Shown piece by piece: positions 57,470 to 64,000 of a stretch of DNA of 64,000 bases. Position 1 is the first letter of the stretch; each line of letters begins with the position of its first letter. This DNA comes from Microcoleus sp. (GTDB lineage Bacteria; Cyanobacteriota; Cyanobacteriia; Cyanobacteriales; Microcoleaceae). Location of the stretch: positions 224,001 through 288,000 of the forward strand of contig JAYFMW010000008.1 of the NCBI GenBank assembly GCA_042408215.1, read 5' to 3'. Position numbers and translations under genes: made by a program. The notes beneath the pieces are model-generated. The model ran no database searches and was not told where the DNA came from. It worked only from the letters and a program-made list of their open reading frames with translations.

Positions 57470-59569
57470 TTATACTCGCGTTTGACTTTGCTCAATTTCT
57501 GCCAACAGCCGCTCTTGACTTTTCGCAGGTTCTTTGCAAGTCAAACACTCGCAAACCAACCCGACAACTCCTTCAGGTAAATCAGCCTCAATCTGAAATA
57601 CAGCAGTCGGATAATACTGCGAAATCAACCCAGAAATTCGATCGGGAGTCGTGCGAATCAAAGTAGAATGCTGATACCAATCGAGAGCAGAAAGCAAACT
57701 CGGACAAGCTTGAGGAGCATCTTTTATAATACTGCTGAAAGCTTGCAAACCTTGTTGGGCGCGATCGAGAAATTCCAAATTCTGCCCCAGCAGCGCTAAA
57801 CGAACCAAAGAGGCGATCGCAATTCCATTAGCCGCCGGAGTTGCATTATCTGTATAGCTGCGTTCCCGCACCAACAAATCACCGCTGCAATCCTTAGCAG
57901 TATTGTAATATCCTCCTAATTCCACGCTCCACAAAAACTCATCAAATTCTGCTTGCACCAGAATTGCTTTCTCCAACCATTTGTCACTTTTACCTACTTC
58001 TTCAACTACCGACAAACTCCCTTGATGCAAATCTAACAATGCTTTCACAAACAAAGCATAATCTTCCGACTGCGCCATCACAGCGGTTTTTCCATCATAA
58101 TTCAATCGGTGAAACCGCCCATCAATCCACTGATTATCTAAAATAAAATTAGCAGCTTTTACCGCCAATTCCAGATATTCCCGATCGCCAAAAACGGCAG
58201 CAGCCCTTGCCAAACCAGAAATCATCAAGCTATTCCAAGCTACAATCATTTTAGTGTCAGTAACTGCCGGAATTCTACCAGGCCAACTATCATTTTTAGC
58301 TTCCTGATTGTTCCGGGCTGGGGGAAAGGTTTTTACAGCATCGGGCTGGCCGCCGTAGCGAACTGTAAACAGTTTCGCCAAAGCCGTTTCTACCGTTTCG
58401 CTCAATAGGCACGAATGACGGCGCTGCAATACATTTCTGCCTTCAAAATTACCATCACGACTAACAGTAAAATGTTTGTGAATTTCTACTAATTCCTCAG
58501 CAGTTAACAGTTGTTCCAGTTCGCTGTAAGTCCAAACATAAAACGCTCCTTCTTCCGGTTCAGACCCCCCCGTTGCCCCCCCTTGGTAAGGGGGGGTTGG
58601 GGGGGTAAAACTGTCAGCATCCTGTGAAGCATAAAAATAGCCCGTTGGCGCGGTCATTTCTCGCTTCAACCATTCTACAGTCCCCGCAACGGCAGTTTCA
58701 AAAGCCGGTTCTTGGATTCCCGCACTCCACAGATTCGCTAAATACTCAACAATTTGACCGTTGTCATAGAGCATTTTCTCAAAGTGTGGTATAGTCCAAG
58801 TTGAGTCAACGGTGTAGCGGTGAAATCCGCCGGCAACGTGGTCGTAAATGCCACCCAATGCTAAGTCTAATCCCCGCTTAGTGCAAACCTCTTGGCAGTC
58901 GTATTTCGATTCAAAATTAAATCGTACTCCCCGCAGTGATAACTCAGCATAAGGCATCATCGGAAAACTTGGGCCTTGATTGCGATCGGCAATAATTCCG
59001 GTGTTAAGTTCTAAGCCTTTTTGGAACACTTCCCGACTTAATTCTGCGGTGACTCCTGACAGCATCGCCGACTGTTGGAGGTTGCCTAAAATCTCTGATT
59101 GGAAGGCTTGCAATTTGCCTTTTTCTAGGTCGTAAAAGCGGCGAATTGATTGCAAAACTTCTAAAAATCCTGGGCGTCCGTAACGCGGTTCTACTGGGAA
59201 ATAAGTGCCACCATAGAACGGAATTCTTTCGTTAGGCGTGAGAAAAACGTTGAGGGGCCAACCACCTTGACCAATCATCATTTGCAAGGCCTGCATATAA
59301 ATGCTGTCGATGTCTGGCCGTTCTTCGCGATCGACTTTTATGGGGATAAAGTGCGAATTCATGTATTGGGCGATCGCACTATTAGAGAATGCTTCCCCTT
59401 CCATCACCGTACACCAGTGGCAGCTAGAATAGCCAATGGACAGAAAAATCGGTTTATTTTGGCTGTGGGCGGTATCTAACGCTTCATCGCACCACGGCCA
59501 CCAGTCGATCGGATTTTCGGCGTGTTTCCGCAGGTAAAGGCTTTGGGATTGGGCAAGACGGTTCACCAT
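57470..59569 (-). CDS. Thioredoxin-domain protein (YyaL/DUF255 family)
   Basis: NRLAQSQSLYLRKHAENPIDWWPW, GYSSCHWCTVM, KVDREERPDID, PHFEKMLYDN. Confidence 0.94.
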   Translation of the reverse strand: MVNRLAQSQSLYLRKHAENPIDWWPWCDEALDTAHSQNKPIFLSIGYSSCHWCTVMEGEAFSNSAIAQYMNSHFIPIKVDREERPDIDSIYMQALQMMIGQGGWPLNVFLTPNERIPFYGGTYFPVEPRYGRPGFLEVLQSIRRFYDLEKGKLQAFQSEILGNLQQSAMLSGVTAELSREVFQKGLELNTGIIADRNQGPSFPMMPYAELSLRGVRFNFESKYDCQEVCTKRGLDLALGGIYDHVAGGFHRYTVDSTWTIPHFEKMLYDNGQIVEYLANLWSAGIQEPAFETAVAGTVEWLKREMTAPTGYFYASQDADSFTPPTPPYQGGATGGSEPEEGAFYVWTYSELEQLLTAEELVEIHKHFTVSRDGNFEGRNVLQRRHSCLLSETVETALAKLFTVRYGGQPDAVKTFPPARNNQEAKNDSWPGRIPAVTDTKMIVAWNSLMISGLARAAAVFGDREYLELAVKAANFILDNQWIDGRFHRLNYDGKTAVMAQSEDYALFVKALLDLHQGSLSVVEEVGKSDKWLEKAILVQAEFDEFLWSVELGGYYNTAKDCSGDLLVRERSYTDNATPAANGIAIASLVRLALLGQNLEFLDRAQQGLQAFSSIIKDAPQACPSLLSALDWYQHSTLIRTTPDRISGLISQYYPTAVFQIEADLPEGVVGLVCECLTCKEPAKSQERLLAEIEQSQTRV

Positions 59570-59654
59570 AATCAAATCCACTTCAACTCGTACTGAGTAA
59601 GCTTATCAGTTCTCTAGCAGTGTAGCGCGAGATGTTTGAGTTTCGCTGTTGCCT

Positions 59655-61102
59655 TTGACACTCCCCGGTCTAAAGACGCGGGGATTCTTAAGGAGAAACT
59701 TTGGGGGATGAATCCGTCCAAAGTTTGATTCTTAAAGGGTTAGTCAGCAACCCCCTACCCACTCGCTGAATTATTGAGTCTGTGGCAAATGATTGATTTG
59801 CGGATGATATTAGCTGCACCATTAACGTCTGCATTAATTAACAACCCAGTGCTAGAACGGTACAAACCTCGCTTGATTCGCTTACCCGATGGCTGCCAAT
59901 TGTCGGGTTTTTCACCGACTTTCACTGGCAACAAATCTTGGTCTAAAAAACTAGCTTTTGATGTGTAAGATTCATCTTGTTCGACAAATCTCCATCCCCT
60001 TAAATCGCATTCTTGTTGAAGCCTATCTTTAACTTTAGCTGTCGGTATTTGGACAAAGTTCTGGTTAGTCTTACCTCCCATATTGACTTCTTGTTTCTGT
60101 CCTTTATTCCAACCAAAGACTAGGACGTTAATTTGGTGATCTTCACAATAATCTATGATGGTTCTAACTGCTTTATTAACAGCATCTCTCATTCTTCTGG
60201 TGCGAGTTTCTGACAACTGTTGCAGTCTATGAGACGAAAAACCTTTAGGCAACTTACATTGATCGTGTACTGATTGCACCCGCGCCTTTTCCTTATTAAA
60301 CCATTGGTTCCAAGACTTTAATTTGTGACCATCAATAATAAATGGTTTGCCATTACTAGAAACACAAGTTAGCCAGTTATTGATGCCGCGATCGATACCT
60401 AAAATTCCCGTTACTTCCCAGCTACAGATAGGGGCTTGTTTGGTTAGACTTTCGTGGACAAATTCGACCCAAACTTTGCCATTTCTAGGGATTAGTCGAA
60501 GTTCTTTAATCTGGCAATTCTTCAGTCTTTCCGGTAAAGTCACCCAGAGAGCATCTGTCCCAAAGTGTTCTTTGCCTTTAGTTCCCAGAGGTAGTCTCAC
60601 CCGATTACCGACTATTTTCAAGGCTTGCCCAGGGTAGGTCACCTGGTACATTGCTCCCTTGGTTCTGTACTTGGGCAATCTCGGTTTTTGATTAAGTTCT
60701 CCTTTCTTGGCTAACCTTTCTAATGCTCGGAAAGAGCTAAAGGATTCAGCAACAGATTTGAGGGATTGTTGAGCCACTTGCGAGTAAAGTAAACCGTAAT
60801 TATCGTTGGGTTTGGCAATTTTGTACAGGTCTGGGTATTTAATTGCGCCTTGGTCTTTGAAGTACCGTTGCCGACTTTCGTAAGTGCCGACATTAAACAG
60901 ATTGTTTGACCATCTTAAGATTTGCTCGACAATGGTTTTGTCAAGTCCCTTTAAATGCCAAACATCTTTTTGCACTGCATACATTAATTTCAACCTCCTT
61001 TGATTAATTGTACTATATTTAGAAATATCTAACTGGGAGATTAAAGTCTCCCTCGCCCTTTCATCCCTGGACTAAAGTCGCAGGGTTTTCAGGGTATTTC
61101 TT
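59655..61102 (-). mobile_element. tnpB-only IS200/IS605-family element
   Basis: Minus strand: TTAT|AAGAAATACCCTGAAAACCCTGCGACTTTAGTCCAGGG left-end hairpin; right-end hairpin CCCCGCGTCTTTAGACCGGGG followed by AGTGTCAA. Confidence 0.85.
59755..60993 (-). CDS. tnpB: TnpB-family RNA-guided nuclease
   Basis: SNNLFN, KPRLPKYR, GIDRGINN, QDESYTSKAS, INADVNGAANI; AAGGAGG RBS. Confidence 0.92.
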   Translation of the reverse strand: MKLMYAVQKDVWHLKGLDKTIVEQILRWSNNLFNVGTYESRQRYFKDQGAIKYPDLYKIAKPNDNYGLLYSQVAQQSLKSVAESFSSFRALERLAKKGELNQKPRLPKYRTKGAMYQVTYPGQALKIVGNRVRLPLGTKGKEHFGTDALWVTLPERLKNCQIKELRLIPRNGKVWVEFVHESLTKQAPICSWEVTGILGIDRGINNWLTCVSSNGKPFIIDGHKLKSWNQWFNKEKARVQSVHDQCKLPKGFSSHRLQQLSETRTRRMRDAVNKAVRTIIDYCEDHQINVLVFGWNKGQKQEVNMGGKTNQNFVQIPTAKVKDRLQQECDLRGWRFVEQDESYTSKASFLDQDLLPVKVGEKPDNWQPSGKRIKRGLYRSSTGLLINADVNGAANIIRKSIICHRLNNSASG

Positions 61103-61747
61103 ATAATAACAGCCACCGAAAAATATCCCTCCCTATTGCTCAGACTCCCGTCATAGTTTTTTCCTGAAAGATTACGGTTTGGCGTACCGCTACAACTGAT
61201 TTGCTATGGATGGCCAGTTTTAGTCTCTCTCAATGGCGCTTGTTGCTGAATCGGAAACCGAGAATCGACGCACCGAATATGCTCCCAGATTTTGTCCAGA
61301 GTTATAGCCCACATTCCGCACCCTCAACTCTCACCATCGGTTTTTACTTATTTTTATCAAGCAATCAAGCTCTCAATTAGATTTTTTTAAGTATATTTAC
61401 GGATAAAAAACGTTTTAAAAGCATAACTTCTCAAGTTTTAATATTTTTTTCAGTAATTATACTGTGTAAAACGCCAGGTGCGGAATGTGGGTTATACTAT
61501 CTTGTTGAAAGGGGGCCAAATTCAGGACTAAGGCCCGGTGACAGCAGCCCTATTTTTCGATGTACGCCATAGAAAATAAGTTAGAAGCCATCAATCTAGG
61601 CACTTTGGCTAATTCCAATCAGCGTCTTCCCAATCTTCATCGAATCTTCATAAAAACTACTTGCCTTAACCTGTGTTTCCGTTTATATTGAGGATGTGAA
61701 GGTAAAAAAACCTGATTCCAGTCCACATAAACATAAAGGTGTCAACC

Positions 61748-62425
61748 ATGAAATCCTCATTAAATTTAGTCAAATCGATTTTAGCTGTTGCCAGTGTCGC
61801 TGCTCTTAGTGCAGTATCCGCAGCACCTGCCTCCGCCGTCGGCTTCAGCTTTGGTAATATCTTTGGTGGCGATACGGTTGGAGATGCCTATCAAAACAGC
61901 TTTAATTTTGACGTAACTGAAAATGGTTTAAACTCAGTTCTTTTTAACATCTCCAACTCTGGAAATGCCGCAGCTTCTAGTATGTTTATCGGTAAAGTTC
62001 TCTTTGATGATAATGGCTATCTGTCTAATGCCGTGGCTAACGTTAATAACACTGGTAACGTAGCCTTTACTGGTGGTGCTGGTAGCGATCAGTTGCCTCA
62101 AGGTGGTACTGGCTTCACCACAGACTATGCCTTCACAAGAGACAATGGTGCTGGTAATAAATGGGCTGTCCAAGGTAGCGAAAGTTTGGGAGTGAGCTTT
62201 ACTGGAAATTATGCTAACGTAATTTCCGCTTTGAATAGCGGTAGCTTAAAATTAGGTTTGCACGTTCAAGCCTTACCAGGTGGTGCAAGCGATTCTTACC
62301 TCAGCAGCAGCAGTGGCAACACTCAAGATACTCCTGAACCTTTAACAATGCTGGCTGCGGGAGCTGCTGTTGGGTTTGGTAGTATGTTCAAAAAGCAACG
62401 CGATCAGGCTCAAAAAGCTGAATAG
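61748..62425 (+). CDS. PEP-CTERM sorting-domain surface protein
   Basis: Signal peptide ending APASA; C-terminal TPEPLTMLAAGAAVGFGSMFKKQR (PEP-TM-basic). Confidence 0.9.
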   Translation: MKSSLNLVKSILAVASVAALSAVSAAPASAVGFSFGNIFGGDTVGDAYQNSFNFDVTENGLNSVLFNISNSGNAAASSMFIGKVLFDDNGYLSNAVANVNNTGNVAFTGGAGSDQLPQGGTGFTTDYAFTRDNGAGNKWAVQGSESLGVSFTGNYANVISALNSGSLKLGLHVQALPGGASDSYLSSSSGNTQDTPEPLTMLAAGAAVGFGSMFKKQRDQAQKAE

Positions 62426-62488
62426 GCTATCATTTTAACTGGTTTTCGCTCATGGCTTGATGCCAAACTGATTATCTTATGATAGAGC

Positions 62489-62523
62489 TAAAAAACCTGG
62501 TTTCACCAAGAAACCAGGTTTCT
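62489..62523 (+). terminator. Hairpin after the PEP-CTERM gene
   Basis: AAACCTGGTTTC-ACCAA-GAAACCAGGTTT followed by a T-rich tract. Confidence 0.6.
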
Positions 62524-62583
62524 TATTGTTTTATTTAAACGACATGGTATAATCTAATCAATCAACTAATAACTAATATCAAA

Positions 62584-63420
62584 ATGTTCAAGAAAGAACT
62601 TTTTGGGCTAATCATTATCGCCACAGGTTTAGTAACCCTGAATATGACACTCCTCTGGAAAATGGGGGATATTGCTCATTTTTATATGAGTGTAGTTTTT
62701 TGGTTCGCTGTGGGTTCCCTACTTTGGGACAAGCAGGATATTCTCAAACAGAGTGAGGTAAAAAGTGACCTATTATCGAGAGTCGCTGGGACAATATTAA
62801 TAGCTTTTATTTTATTTAAAAGTGCTATGGTTTCCAGTAAATTCGATATTTTTTTAAGAATAGCACCTTTTTTGTCTGGTTTAGGTGTGGCCCTAATTGC
62901 GGTAGGTTTTCAGGATTTAAAAAAATATTGGCGTGAATTGGTCATACTATTTTTTCATGGCATCCCCAGTGTACTTACGTCACCTTTAGTAGATATTATT
63001 ACCTCGTTTACAGCTCAGTCGGCTTATTTTTCTTTGTGGTATTTGGGTTTTAATGCAACACGTGAGGGTAATTATGTTGCTTTACCGACAGGAAGGGTGT
63101 TGGTATATGGGGGATGTTCGGGTATCGAGGCCATGAATTACTTATTAGGTTTATCTGTAGTTTGTTTGTTGATGTTTCCTACTAAACAAAATAAAGCTTT
63201 GGTAATAGGTGTCGCTGTCGCTTTGGGTTTTATGATTAATACTTTGAGAGTGGCGGCAATGGCTTTGTTAGTTGCATCTAATCGCCTAGATTTGTTTAAA
63301 TATTGGCATGAGGGTGAAGGTTCTTTGGTGGTGGGGATGATTGCGGTGGTTTTGTTTGGGATATTTTATCAATTTATCTTGAAACAAGATAGCAAAATTA
63401 GTCAAAGTTCGCGAAATTAA
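62584..63420 (+). CDS. crtA: Cyanoexosortase A
   Basis: Multi-TM protein with the exosortase triad V..GCSG, N..RV and WH.G.G; adjacent to a PEP-CTERM gene. Confidence 0.85.
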   Translation: MFKKELFGLIIIATGLVTLNMTLLWKMGDIAHFYMSVVFWFAVGSLLWDKQDILKQSEVKSDLLSRVAGTILIAFILFKSAMVSSKFDIFLRIAPFLSGLGVALIAVGFQDLKKYWRELVILFFHGIPSVLTSPLVDIITSFTAQSAYFSLWYLGFNATREGNYVALPTGRVLVYGGCSGIEAMNYLLGLSVVCLLMFPTKQNKALVIGVAVALGFMINTLRVAAMALLVASNRLDLFKYWHEGEGSLVVGMIAVVLFGIFYQFILKQDSKISQSSRN

Positions 63421-63591
63421 TTAGTTTAAAGTTGAGGTAATATATCGGTTGTTCGATTTCCACTCCCATAGTCAGGAGTCTCGTTCACTCATATGTCCGG
63501 GTGTTCAAATCCGCCACCTGTTACTACCTGTAATTGAACTGCGGTTATATATATCATAGAAATAATGTCAGGAAATTATAGGAAACTCGTT

Positions 63592-63723
63592 ATGGCGGCC
63601 AATGAAAGTCAAATAAGTCAAATTTACGGTTCCGAGGATGCTCAAGCTATTCTGCAAATTGCGATCGCCCGATCGCAAAATGCTTCCCCTTCCATCACCC
63701 TAAACCAGTGGCCGCTAGAGTAA
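63592..63723 (+). pseudogene. N-terminal fragment of a 2TM-domain-like protein, truncated at a HIP1 site
   Basis: [14 protein letters not shown] motif, after which the frame runs into yyaL-derived sequence. Confidence 0.55.
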
Positions 63724-63825
63724 CGAATTGACAGAAAAATCGGTTTATTTGCCATCCGGGCCCTTTATAGGGCTTCGTCGCACCAGGCCAACCAGTCGAT
63801 CGAATTTTCGGCCTGTTTTCGCTTT
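63679..63825 (-). pseudogene. Degraded duplicate of the yyaL 5' region
   Basis: AATGCTTCCCCTTCCATCACC...GACAGAAAAATCGGTTTATTT...CCAGTCGATCG..TTTTCGGC aligns with 59388-59530. Confidence 0.8.
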
Positions 63826-64000
63826 TGCTGGCTAAGCTTGTCATATTATGTCCGATCGATTACCCCTAATACGGTAGGGGCTCCCCTCACCAACAATACC
63901 TGCCAATAATTGACAATCTCAAAAACCCGCCCCTTGTATCTTAAAAGAGTGAGACGGTAGGGGCAGGGCAGTTTCATTCTCTTTTAGGGGCTGCCCCCCG

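Overview
This is chromosomal DNA from a cyanobacterium. HIP1 octamers (GCGATCGC), heptamer tandem repeats and palindromic dispersed repeats are abundant, and the style suggests a filamentous Microcoleus/Oscillatoria-like organism. The housekeeping backbone is: dnaX (with the C-terminal end of an intein), the tig-clpP-clpX operon, asd-dapA-rnj, thrC and two MoaD/ThiS-type genes, a P450, a phosphoketolase/transketolase-like gene, fbaA, tRNA-Lys, capA, dxs, a yyaL-like gene, and a PEP-CTERM protein with cyanoexosortase A. Accessory material includes: (i) an IS607 element with a Fanzor-like TnpB inserted exactly in the clpX ribosome-binding site; (ii) a gene-less IS200/IS605 derivative upstream of tig that keeps only its ends and the omegaRNA region; (iii) two more solo tnpB genes; (iv) a duplicated 426-bp non-coding unit in which two sigma70-type promoters face each other across a 23-bp palindrome; (v) an 11.5-kb toxin-antitoxin/defence hotspot (22.1-33.7 kb) with no integrase, whose modules are bounded by HIP1-containing repeats (DUF262+HEPN, a Tse2-like ADP-ribosyltransferase pair, an unrecognised two-gene pair, VapBC, DUF433/DUF5615, and a CrfC-like dynamin opposite an HTH-NB-ARC regulator); (vi) a sulfated-glycan export cluster with unusual fusion proteins and a 10-copy 133/156-bp tandem array. 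Two +1 frameshifts (fbaA and an FAD reductase) share one sequence context and are probably sequencing errors. All family assignments come from motif recognition by eye, not from database searches.
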